Shown here piece after piece: positions 53,970-64,000 of a stretch of 64,000 nt of DNA. This stretch comes from an uncultured Gemmatimonadaceae bacterium (GTDB lineage: Bacteria > Gemmatimonadota > Gemmatimonadetes > Gemmatimonadales > Gemmatimonadaceae): positions 384,001 to 448,000 of the forward strand of contig CAVVTZ010000009.1 in NCBI GenBank assembly GCA_963751275.1, written 5' to 3'. The position numbers were made by a program, and so were the translations under genes. Under the pieces are notes generated by a model that was given only the letters and a program-made list of their open reading frames with translations, made no database searches and was not told the origin of the DNA. Position 1 is the first letter of the stretch, and the number at the start of each line of letters is the position of its first letter.

Positions 53970-56900
53970 GTGACCCGCCGCAGTCTCGTCGCCCTCATCA
54001 GCGCCAGCGTGCTGCTCGCCATCATCCTGGTGGCGGCCATTGCGGTGTTGATGACGACGCAGACCGACTTCGGCCGCGAGCGGATCCGCCGGCTCGTGCT
54101 CGCGCGCGCGACGAGCGCGATCGGCGGGCGGGGCAAGCTCTTCATTGGGCGCATCTCCGGATCGCTGTTCACCGAGATCGTCGTCGATTCGATCTCACTG
54201 TACGACTCGGAGGATTCGCTGGTGGTGGCGACGGGTCCGGTGCGGCTCACCTTCGACCCGCGCGACTTCCTCGACCAGCGCATCCACCTGCACAAGGTGG
54301 ACATCTCGCGGCCCAACATCAATCTGCGGCGCCACGCGAACGATGTCTGGAACTACCGCACGATCTTCCCCGAAGGGAAGAAATCGAAGATCCACACGCC
54401 CGGATTCGGTGATTACATCGTGGCCGACTCGGTGTCGCTGCACGACGGCACCTTCCGCCTCACCGAGCCCTGGCAGCCCGATGATTCGCTCAAGGGCGCG
54501 CGGCGCGACAGCGCGGTGCGCTTCGCGCTGGCGCGCACGTGGCCGGAAGTGCGCAACACGAAGGAGGGGCTGAAGCGCACGCGCCGCTGGACGCGGCTGA
54601 ACATCGACGCGCCGCGCGCGCGGATCGCCATGCCCGACAGCGCCGGCCAGCTGATCACGCTCGCGAATCTCTCCACGGTGGAGAACGATCCCCCCACCGA
54701 AGTGCACAACATCCGCGGCCAGGTGCGCATCCACGGCGACAGCGTCTGGCTCGCGCTCTCGAACGTGGAGCTGCCCAGCACGCGCGCGCACGTGACCGCG
54801 CGCATCTGGTGGGGGGGCGACAAGCCGGTGCAACTGGACCTGCACGCTGTGTCGGACACGGTGTCGCTCGCCGATTTCGCGTGGGTGTATCCGGGGCTGC
54901 CGCGCACCGGCGGCGGGCACACTGACGTGTTCGTCAAGAACGACCCGAAGGACCTTCGCGTGCTCGAGTACGCGCTGAAGGGGATGGACCTGCGCACCAC
55001 GAAGTCGCATCTCCGCGGCGACATGACCTTCGGCGTCGGAGGCCCGGTGCTGATCGTGAAGGACGTGGCCATGCGACTCGAGCCGGCCGACTTCGATCTG
55101 CTGCGCACGTTCAACGGCGGCACCTTCCCGGTGGATTTCCGCGGGCAGTTCACGGGCACCGTGTACGCGGCCGGCGGGCCCATCAACCGCTGGAAGGTGG
55201 ACAGCGCCGACGTGACCTTCCGCAATGCGCACGTGCCGGGCGCCGTCTCGCACCTCAACGCGAACGGGGAGCTCGACCTGCTCATCCCGTCGCTCGCGAA
55301 GTTCCGCGGTTTCGACGTCGATCTCACGCCGCTCGACCTGCGCACGGTGACCTATCTCTTCCCGCAGTTCCCGCGGCTCGGCGGCACGATCACCGGCAGC
55401 GCGACACTCGACTCGATCTGGACGGACGTGCGCTTCAGCGACGCCGACGTCGAGCATCACGACGGGCCCGAGGAGCCCACGCACATGACCGGCAGCGGGC
55501 GCGTGACCGCCGCCGAGCCGTCCACGCGCTTCGACGTGACGCTCCAGGCGTCGCCGATCTCCTTCGACGAGCTCGCGCATTCGTACCCGTCGCTCCCGCT
55601 GCGCGGGACGATGTCCGGACCGCTCCGTGTGCAGGGGACGACGAACGCGCTCACGCTCGCCACGACGCTCACCGGCGAGGCCGGGACGCTCGCGATCGAT
55701 GAGGTGATCGACATCGACAGCACGGGCGGCGAGGGGGCGAAGGGTACGGTGCACGCCGCCGGCCTCGACCTCGCGCAGCTGCTCGACCGGCCATCGATCC
55801 CCACGACCGAGCTGTACGCGGAGATGACGAACGACGTGCACGGCGATGCACTCGCCACGATGGTCGGCACGCTCGACCTCACCGTGGACACCTCGCGCGT
55901 GAAGGACATCCGCGTGCCGCACGCCACCGCGCGCGCGCGCGTGGCGGGTGGGCACCTGATGGTGGATTCGCTCACGCTCACCTCCACCGGCCTGCGCGCG
56001 CGTGGCTCGGGAATGCTCGGCGTGGCCGCGGGCGCGCGCGACACGCTGCGCTTCACCGCGGACATCGATTCGCTCGGTGGTCTCCGCTCGGTGATCGCGA
56101 CCCCGCGCGCCGGCGCCGATACCTCGGCGATGACCGCCGACGAACTGCTGGCGCGCGCGCAGCGCGATTCGCTCGACGGGACGTTCACGATCTCCGGCTA
56201 CCTCGCCGGCTCGCTGGCGGATTCGTTCGTCGCGAGCGCGACCTTCCTGGGCCAGGACCTCGTGCGCGGCGCCGACCGCGCGGTGCGCCTCGCGGGCGGC
56301 TTCGACATTGGCGGACTGCCCAAGGCGCCGGCCGGCACGCTCTGGATGCGCCTGGATTCCGTGCGCATCGCGGGCATCGGGATCGACACCGTGCACGCGC
56401 TGCTTGGCGATGCACCGCGCCGACAGTGGTACGGTCACGTTCGGCGTCTCCACCGCGCGGGCCGCCGGCACGATGCACGGCGGCGCCCGGGTGCTCTTCG
56501 CCATCGCCCCCGACACGCTCCGGCTCGCGCTCGACTCGCTCCAGCTCGTCACCGGCGGGCCGGGCGGCCACACGTGGAATCTGCTGCACCCGGCTCACTA
56601 CGAGCGCGATCACGGCGGCGATTTCCTCGACTCGCTCGTCCTGAGCGGCGGCGGGGGCGGGCGCATCACCGCGCACGCCGCCCTGCCGGCCGCCGGTGCG
56701 ATCTCGGCGCTCCTCACCGCCGACACACTCGGCCTCGCGGATGCCGGCGCGATCGTGCAGACGGCGCGCCCGCTCGGCGGCTACGTCACCGGCGAACTGC
56801 ACGTCACCGGCACGCGCGACGAGCCGGTCATGCGCCTCACCTCCCGATTCCGCGATGCGCGCTACGGCACGGTCACCTTCCCGTACTTCAGCCTCGACGC

Positions 56901-58521
56901 GGATTACGCCAAGCGTAGTCTGTCCTCGCGCCTGGATTTCTTCGACCACGGCCAGTCGGTGGCCGCGCTCGCGCTCACGATCCCGGCGGATCTGGCCCTG
57001 CACTCGGTGGCCGAGCGGTTCCCCGACGAGCCGATCAAGGGGCGCCTGCGCGCCGACAGCCTGGATGTCGCGGTGCTGTCGTCGTTCTCGCCGCTCCTCA
57101 GCCAACCCTCCGGCATCGCGAACGTGGACCTGGTGCTCTCCGGTACGCGCAAGGAACCGCAGTTCAAGGGCTTCTTCCGCCTGAACGACGCGTCGGTAGG
57201 GCTGCCGCGGTTCGGCGTGCGGCTCACCTCGCTCCAGACCGCGATCAGCGTGGCCCCGGGGGAGATCAAGATCGACACGCTCGCGATGCAGAGCGGCTCG
57301 ACCAAGGGGAATTTCATGACGATCTCCGGCACGCTGCGCACGCCGGATCTGCTCGACCTGATCGATGACCGGAGCGCGCTCGTGCTCGACCTGCGCATGA
57401 TCGCGAAGAATTTCCAGCTGCTCGACAGCCGGAAGATCGCGCGCGTGGAGGTGACCGATGACGTCACGCTCACCGGCAAGTTCAGCGCGGCCACCCTGAG
57501 CGGGCATATCGCCGTGGACAACGCGGACTTCTACCTCGCCTCGCTGGAGAGCAAGAAGACCGTGATCGATCTCGATGACCCCGAGCTGTTCGCCGATCCC
57601 GCCGTGGCGGAGAGCCACAAGTTGGGTTCGTCGATCCCGCCCGACGTGCGCGACGCGATCTCGAAGCTGCGCGTGGACAACCTCGACGTCACCATCGGCG
57701 ACAAGGTCTGGCTGCGATCGGACATCGCCGAGATCAAGCTGGGCGGCGCCGTGGTGATCCAGGGCTCCGGCACACAGCGGCTCACCGGCACGATCAATGT
57801 CAAGCACGGCACCTACCGCCTCGACCTCGGGCTGGTGCAGCGCACCTTCACGGTCGACTCGGGCACCGTGCGGTTCTATGGCGACGTGGAGCAGGGCGGC
57901 CAGCTGAACGTGTGGGCGTCGAGCACGGTGCGGCAGGCCAACCGGCTGGGCGAGGACGTGAAGATCCTCGCGCACATCACCGGCACCACCGACAATCCGC
58001 GCCCTGAGTTCTCGAGCGGCGAACGCTACGCGCTCACGGAAGCGGAGATCCTCAGCTACCTGATCTTCGGGCAGCCGTCGTTCGTGCAGGGGACGAACAC
58101 CGCCGGGAGCACCGCGGCGGCGGCGATCCTGCCGAGCCTGGGCACCGTGATGGAACGGGCCCTGTCGAGCCAATTGCGGTGGGTGGACCAGATCACGATC
58201 CAGACGGGGGCGACCACGCCGCAGAGCGACCAATACTCGGCGCTCTTCGGCTCGCGTTTCGGCGTGGGGAAGCAGCTGGGCGACCGCACGTATGTCGCCG
58301 CGAACGCCGGCCTCTGCTGGCTGCAGAGCTCCGCGTCCGGCGGCAACAGCCTCGCGCAATCGCTCGGCGTCTCGGTGGACCAGCAGCTGGGCGGCAAGTT
58401 CGTGCTGCAGGCATCACGTGAACCGAATTCCGTGTCGATGATGTGCAAGCCCGGCACCACCGACATCGGCAGCCGGCCGGCGCAGTACGGCATCGACCTC
58501 TTCCGCGAGTGGAGCTTCTAG
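53970..58521 (+). CDS. tamB: Translocation and assembly module TamB-like protein (frameshift near 56405)
   Basis: N-terminal anchor, long beta-rich region, C-terminal EILSYLIFG, GKQL and ...FREWSF. Confidence 0.82.
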
Positions 58522-60380
58522 TGCCGGCGCGCGAGCGGGACCGCTTCAAGGAGATGGTCGAGGCCACGAGCCACGCGATCCTGCTCTCGGATCTGAAGCG
58601 GAGCGTCGTGTACGCGAACCCGGCGGCGCATGCGCTGTTCGGCGTCACCGACGGCGATCTGGCCGGGCGTTCCGTGGACGATCTGCTCCCGCCGGAATCG
58701 CGGGGTGAAGTGGCCCGCCGCCACGCCAAGGCGATGGCCGGCGAGCCGCAGCGCTACGAGACCGTGGTGCTCGCGGGCGGTACGGCGCGCCGCGTGGTGT
58801 CCGTGCGCAACGCGCCGCTGCGGGAAGGCGGCAAGATCATCGGCAGCATCGCGAGCCTGCTCGACATCACCGACGAGCGCGAGGCCCTCGACGCGCGGGC
58901 GGAGTCCGAGCGGCGCTACGAGCGCCTGGTGGACACGGCGGCGGATGCGATCTTCAGCGTCGATCGCGAGGGACGCTTCACGTCGGTGAACAGGACGGTG
59001 GAGTTCGCGATCGGCAAGCCGAAGGAGCAGCTGCTGGGCACGCCGTACAAGGACCATCTGTATCCCGAGACGCTCGAAGTGGCCGACGCCCTCTTCGCCG
59101 ACATGGTGGCGGGCAAGCGCGGGCGCGCCGAGCTGGAGTACACGATGCCCGGCGGCGGCGAGCGGCGGATCGGATCGATCACCACGTCGCCGATCATCGA
59201 GGACGGCGTGGTGACGGGCGCGGTGGGCATCATGCGCGACATCACCGGCGAGCGCCGGCTCACCGAGCAGCTCGTGCAGCGCGAGAAGCTCGCGGCCATT
59301 GGCCAGCTCGTGAGCGGCGTCGCGCACGAGCTGAACAATCCGCTCGCCGGGATCATGGCGTTCGCGCAGCTGCTCCATGCTACGTCGCCGATGCAGGAGG
59401 ACCAGCGCGACGCCGTGGAGACGATCCACCGCGAGGCGCGGCGCGCCGCGAAGATCGTGTCGAACCTCCTCTTCTTCGCGCGCCAGCGCGACCCGGAGCG
59501 CGGGTGCACGGACCTCAATCAGGTCATGCGCGACACGCTCGAGATGCGGCGCTACGTGCTGCGCACGCAGCAGGTGGAGGTGGTCACCGATCTCGAAGCG
59601 TCGCTCCCCACCACCTGGGCCGATAGCTTCCAGCTGCAGCAGGTGATCCTGAATCTCATCACGAACGCGGAACACGCGCTCGCGACGGTGAAGGGGCCGA
59701 AGCGCATCACGCTCAGCACGCGCCTCGTGGACGGGAAGCTGGAAGCGAGCGTGAGCGACAACGGGCCCGGCATCCCGCCGGAGCAGCTGGACCAATTGTT
59801 CAATCCGTTCTTCACGACGAAAGCGGTGGGCGAGGGCACCGGGCTGGGGCTCTCGATCTCCGACGGGATCGCGCGCCAGCACGGCGGCGAGATCCGGGTG
59901 GAATCGCGCCCGGGCGCCGGCGCGCGCTTCACGCTCGTGCTGCCGCGCGTGGATGCGCCGAAGGCGCCGGCCGCGGAGCGAGCCGCGCCGGCGCCGCCGT
60001 CGCGCGCGGGCGCGCGCACCTTCCTGCTCGTGGACGATGAGCCCGCGATCCGCCAGGCGCTCTCGATCTACCTGCGCCGCGCCGGCCACACGGTGGATCT
60101 CGCGGAGAGCGGCCAGGAGGCGCTCGTGCACTTGGGCCGCCAGCGCTACGATGGGATCTTCCTGGACCTGCGCATGCCGGACGTGTCGGGCGCCGATCTC
60201 TACGGCCGGCTCCGCGCGGCGGACCCCGGCCAGGCCGAGCGCGTGGTGTTCGCCAGCGGCGACGTGGACGCGCACGATGCGCGGGAATTCCTGCGCGCCA
60301 CCGGCCGCCCCTTCCTGGCCAAGCCGTTCGCGCTGAGCGCGGTGTCGGAGCTGCTCGAGCAGGTGGCGCGTGATGGGTGA
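58521..60380 (+). CDS. Cytoplasmic PAS-PAS hybrid sensor histidine kinase with receiver domain
   Basis: Two PAS domains; AHELNNPL, NLITNA, DNGPG, FFTTK, GTGLGL; canonical REC (VDDE, LDLRMP, KPF). Confidence 0.93.
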   Translation: MPARERDRFKEMVEATSHAILLSDLKRSVVYANPAAHALFGVTDGDLAGRSVDDLLPPESRGEVARRHAKAMAGEPQRYETVVLAGGTARRVVSVRNAPLREGGKIIGSIASLLDITDEREALDARAESERRYERLVDTAADAIFSVDREGRFTSVNRTVEFAIGKPKEQLLGTPYKDHLYPETLEVADALFADMVAGKRGRAELEYTMPGGGERRIGSITTSPIIEDGVVTGAVGIMRDITGERRLTEQLVQREKLAAIGQLVSGVAHELNNPLAGIMAFAQLLHATSPMQEDQRDAVETIHREARRAAKIVSNLLFFARQRDPERGCTDLNQVMRDTLEMRRYVLRTQQVEVVTDLEASLPTTWADSFQLQQVILNLITNAEHALATVKGPKRITLSTRLVDGKLEASVSDNGPGIPPEQLDQLFNPFFTTKAVGEGTGLGLSISDGIARQHGGEIRVESRPGAGARFTLVLPRVDAPKAPAAERAAPAPPSRAGARTFLLVDDEPAIRQALSIYLRRAGHTVDLAESGQEALVHLGRQRYDGIFLDLRMPDVSGADLYGRLRAADPGQAERVVFASGDVDAHDAREFLRATGRPFLAKPFALSAVSELLEQVARDG

Positions 60381-60434
60381 GCGCGTCCGGTCGTCCATGC
60401 AATGGGGTTCGTCTTCCAGAGGGAGCCTGCAGCC

Positions 60435-60617
60435 ATGACGGAACTCAAGGAACACGACGGCATGATCTGCCGCGCCTGCGGCAACGAGGACCGCGCGTCG
60501 GAGGGGTACCCGTGCGCGGAGTGCGGCACCTTCATCTGTCTCATCTGCTCCTTCCGCGGCGTGACGCTGTGCACCGCGTGCCAGGAGAAGCAGAAGGCCG
60601 CCGCCGCGGCGAAGTGA
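60435..60617 (+). CDS. Small 8-Cys zinc-finger-like protein
   Basis: 60 aa with four CxxC motifs; GGGAG RBS; GTGA overlap with the next gene. Confidence 0.7.
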   Translation: MTELKEHDGMICRACGNEDRASEGYPCAECGTFICLICSFRGVTLCTACQEKQKAAAAAK

Positions 60618-61555
60618 CGGCGGACTTCACCGCGCTCGGCGTGCGCGTGGGTCATGCGACCGACGCGGCGGGCGCGACGGGCGTGACGGTGATCCGCGGC
60701 GACGGGCCCTTCCGCGCCGCCGCCGCCATCCTCGGCCGCGCGACCGGCACGCGCGAGCTCGACGCGCTGTCGCCCGACCATCTCGTGGACCGCATCGACG
60801 CGATCGTGCTCACCGGCGGATCGGCGTACGGGCTGGGCGCCGCCGACGGCGTGATGCGCTGGATGGAAGAGCGCGGGCGCGGCTTCGATGTGCGCGTGGG
60901 CGTGGTGCCGATCGTGCCGAGCGCGGTGATCTTCGACCTCGGGCCGCTGGGCAGCGCGACGGCGCGCCCGACGCCGCAGATGGCTTATGACGCGTGCGAG
61001 CGCGCGGCGTTCACCTTCGAGGAAGGGAGCGTGGGCGCGGGCACGGGCGCCACCGTGGGGAAGGGCGCGGGCGTCGAGCGCGCGATGAAGGGCGGATTCG
61101 GCGCGCACGTGGAACGCCGCGGCGCGGTGGTGGTGGGCGCGATGGCGGTGGTGAACGCGCTCGGCGACGTGCGCGACGCTGCGGGCCGGATCATCGCCGG
61201 CGCGCGCGCGGACGGCGGGGGATTCGCGGATGTGGCGGCGCTCGTCGCGAGCGGCGCGGGGGGGAATCCACGCGCGGGGAACACGACGCTTGCGGTGGTG
61301 GCGACGAACGTGATGCTCTCGCGGCTCGAACTCGCGCAGGTGGCGAACGCCGCGAAGGCCGCGCTCGCGCGGCGGATCACACCGGTGGGAACTTCGTTCG
61401 ACGGTGATGTGATCTTCGCGGCCGGGCCAATGCGAGGCATCGCCGCGCCGGCAATGCAAGTCGAGGCACTCGCGATCCGCACTCTCGAGATGGCCATCGA
61501 ACGCGCAGTGCGAATGGCCAAAGGGCGAGACGGAATCCCCGGGCTCGCCGACTAA
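60614..61555 (+). CDS. P1 family peptidase (DmpA L-aminopeptidase/D-esterase-like)
   Basis: GTRE, LTGGSAYGL, EGSVGAGTG, VNALGD, GNTTL, DGD. Confidence 0.88.
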   Translation: MTADFTALGVRVGHATDAAGATGVTVIRGDGPFRAAAAILGRATGTRELDALSPDHLVDRIDAIVLTGGSAYGLGAADGVMRWMEERGRGFDVRVGVVPIVPSAVIFDLGPLGSATARPTPQMAYDACERAAFTFEEGSVGAGTGATVGKGAGVERAMKGGFGAHVERRGAVVVGAMAVVNALGDVRDAAGRIIAGARADGGGFADVAALVASGAGGNPRAGNTTLAVVATNVMLSRLELAQVANAAKAALARRITPVGTSFDGDVIFAAGPMRGIAAPAMQVEALAIRTLEMAIERAVRMAKGRDGIPGLAD

Positions 61556-61559
61556 TCAC

Positions 61560-61695
61560 TAACGGCGTATCTGGTCCCCCGAACTCCGTTGTTAGCAATT
61601 GAGGCGTGGTCACGGCTCAGGCGTTGCTAGGAACGCCCGAGCCGTGACCACGCCTCAGTTGCCAGCAACGGAGTTCGGGGGACCAGTAACGGCGT
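61560..61695. mobile_element. MITE-like hairpin (55-bp arms) flanked by 9-bp direct repeat TAACGGCGT
   Basis: 61571-61625 matches the reverse complement of 61632-61686 at 51 of 55 positions; direct repeats at 61560-61568 and 61687-61695. Confidence 0.6.
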
Positions 61696-61724
61696 TCGGG
61701 TTTCGCCTCACGCCGTTCTGATTC

Positions 61725-62146
61725 CTAGCTCAGCATCGCCCCCGCGAGTGGCGTCGCCGCATCCCGCACATGGAGCCGCAGTTCGCCCTGCCGCTCCCGG
61801 TCCAGTGTGATCGTCATCGTGTAGACTGCCGGGTCCGTCCAAGGGCAGATCGATCGGAGCGATCAGGGGCATGTCGATCTCGGTCACCTGCGGTGGCGGC
61901 GCGCCAATGTCGAGCTGGCCGTTCGAATTCCACAGCTCGGCGCCCTGCGGGTTCTTCCACGACAGCACCACTTGATGCACGCCCACGTCGGCGCGCGTCC
62001 CCTTCAGCCGCACCACGAGGTGCGCGCGCGGGTGCACGCTGGGGAAGGTGGCGACCTGCATCGCGTCGAAGACGCCCAGGATGTTCGAGCTTCCCCTCCT
62101 GCGAGAGGTTGGCGCCGTCGGCGAAGAGCGCGAAGGAGAGATGCAT
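61725..62146 (-). CDS. Conserved hypothetical beta-rich protein, DUF6941-like (frameshifts)
   Basis: MHLSFALFADGANLSQEGKL continues as NILGVFDAMQVATFPSVHP in a shifted frame; family assignment from memory. Confidence 0.6.
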
Positions 62147-62196
62147 GCCGCAACTTACCGCTGTCACCACACGCGCGGAACGTCTAAGTTTCAGCG

Positions 62197-63127
62197 ATGT
62201 CCACGCTCGCCGACGACTCGCTGGCCGCCGCCCCCATCAGCGAGCGCGAGATCCCCGGGCCGTCGCTCACGGATCTGCTGCTCGTGACGATGAGCCTGAT
62301 CTGGGGGATCAATTACACGGTGGTGAAGTACGGCACGAGCGTCATCGCGCCGCTCGCGTACAACGGCGTGCGCGTCACAATGGCCGCGGTCGCGTTGCTC
62401 GCGCTCGTCTGGTGGACGAAGCGGCCCATCCCCTCCAAGCGCGACACGCTCACGCTGCTCGCGCTCGGCGTGCTCGGCAACGGGATCTATCAGCTCCTCT
62501 TCATTGAGGGCGTCGCGCGCACGCGCGCCGGCGACGCGGCGCTCGTGCTCGCGGCGTCGCCCGCGTTCATCGCGATCTTCGGCCGCGTCCTCGGTGTGGA
62601 GCGGATCACCGGGCGCGGCGTGGTGGGCATCCTGCTCTCGCTCGCCGGCATGGCGTTCGTGGTGTACGGCCGCCAACTGGCGCCGGGCGGCGACGGCCGC
62701 GCGACGCTCACCGGCAACGCGCTCGTGCTTTGCGGTTCGGTCGCCTGGTCGCTGTACTCCGTGCTGCTCAAGCCGCGCGCCGACCATCTCGGACATCCTC
62801 TCGATCTCCGCCTTCACGATGGCGGGGGGCGCGATCGTGATGATCCTCGCGGGACTGCCGGCGATCGCGGGCACCGATTGGCACACCGTGTCCGCCGTGA
62901 CGTGGGGCGCGATGGTGTACAGCGGCATCTTCGCCCTCGTCATCGCGTATCTATTCTGGTACCGCGGCGTGCAGGTGCTCGGACCCACGCGCACGGCGAT
63001 GTACTCGAACCTCCAGCCCGTGATCGCGCTCGGCGCCGCCTGGGCGTTCATCGGCGAAGTGCCCACGCCTTGGCAGGCGCTCGGCGCCGGCACGATCATC
63101 GCGGGCGTCGTGCTCACGCGCACATGA
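62197..63127 (+). CDS. DMT/EamA family transporter (frameshift near 62785)
   Basis: IWGINY, VLGVER, AWSLYS, YLFWYRG, NLQPV, FIGE. Confidence 0.88.
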
Positions 63128-63810
63128 GGCTCGTGCTGTTCGACATCGACGGCACGCTCCTGTGGAGCGATGGCGCCGGGCGGCGCTCGATGACCGTCGC
63201 GCTCACCGAGGCGGCCGGCTCGGCGGGACCGGCCGGCTACCGCTACGACGGCAAGACCGACGGGCAGATCGTGCGCGATCTGCTCGCCGCATCCGGGAAG
63301 GATGCGGCGGAGATCGATGCGATCACGCCGGCGATCATCGCGCGCTACCTCGCGTTGCTCGCCGACGATCTGCGCGAGCGGCGGCTGCGTCTCTTTCCCG
63401 GCGTGGCCGAATTGCTCGATGCGGTGGAGGCGGACCGCGAACTCACGCTCGGCCTGCTCACCGGCAACGTGCGCGAAGGCGCGGAACTGAAGCTGCGCGC
63501 GGCGGGCGTGGACTTCTCACGGTTCCGCGTGGGCGCGTTCGGCTCGGATCATCACGAACGCCCCGAGCTGCCGGCGATCGCCCAGCGGCGGTTCGCGGAG
63601 GCGCACGGCCTGTCGCTCGCGGGCGACCGCGTGGTGGTGATCGGCGACACGCCGGCGGACATCGCGTGCGGCCGCGGGATCGGCGCGCGCGCGATCGCGG
63701 TCGCGACCGGGCACTTCAAGGTGGAGGATCTCGCGAACCACGCGCCGGCGGCCGTGTTCGCATCGCTCGAGGACACCGCCGCCGTGATGCGCGCGATCCG
63801 CGATGAGTGA
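63124..63810 (+). CDS. HAD family hydrolase
   Basis: LFDIDGTL, LLTGN and IGDTPAD motifs. Confidence 0.9.
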   Translation: MRLVLFDIDGTLLWSDGAGRRSMTVALTEAAGSAGPAGYRYDGKTDGQIVRDLLAASGKDAAEIDAITPAIIARYLALLADDLRERRLRLFPGVAELLDAVEADRELTLGLLTGNVREGAELKLRAAGVDFSRFRVGAFGSDHHERPELPAIAQRRFAEAHGLSLAGDRVVVIGDTPADIACGRGIGARAIAVATGHFKVEDLANHAPAAVFASLEDTAAVMRAIRDE

Positions 63811-64000
63811 CGGCGCCGTTCCGATCCAGGTGACGATCACCGGCCTGCTGCGCGGCCACGAGCTGCAGGGCGGGGCGACGGTCGCGCTGCGCGGCGATGT
63901 CGTGGAACTCGTGACCCGCGCCGCGCGCCATACGCTGCCGCTCGTGTCGCTCGAAGGCGCGCGCGTGCTCGAGAGCGGCGCGGTGGAGCTTGCATTGGAG
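63803..64000 (+). CDS. Hypothetical protein, truncated by the window end
   Basis: ATG overlapping the HAD 3' end; open frame MSDGAVPIQVTITGLLRG... to the end of the window. Confidence 0.55.
   Translation, partial: MSDGAVPIQVTITGLLRGHELQGGATVALRGDVVELVTRAARHTLPLVSLEGARVLESGAVELALE

Noticed and set aside
62197..63810. Apparent DMT-HAD fusion (537 aa ORF); likewise the OPT-amidohydrolase 871 aa ORF
   Set aside because: Frameshift read-through or spurious upstream extension. Each partner has its own start or stop with an ATGA overlap.

Overview
High-GC (roughly 70% by eye), gene-dense chromosomal window with about 50 protein-coding genes. Gene content and style suggest a Gemmatimonadota-type bacterium (inference only). 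Content: many peptidases (M28, M42, M61, M24, S9A, M48, P1/DmpA), an OPT transporter and an ECF transporter module, a methionine operon (SAM-II riboswitch plus terminator, metH, yitJ-type Hcy methyltransferase/MTHFR fusion), an AAA+/VWA pair, a molybdopterin oxidoreductase, glcDEF, a sigma-70 factor, a Ser/Thr kinase-pduO-aroB operon, TamA/TamB and signalling proteins. About 17 genes are split by frameshifts that look like long-read indel errors. I saw no rRNA, tRNA, CRISPR array, transposase or phage gene. The most unusual signal is non-coding. There are several families of long palindromic elements: two cloverleaf-like copies with compensatory stems in convergent 3' UTRs, two GGGAGTC-heptamer palindromes sitting in frame at the same linker of metH and yitJ, twin palindromes bracketing the M48 gene, and a hairpin flanked by a 9-bp direct repeat. 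Six genes also have a TANNNT box 5-6 nt before the start codon, which suggests leaderless transcription.
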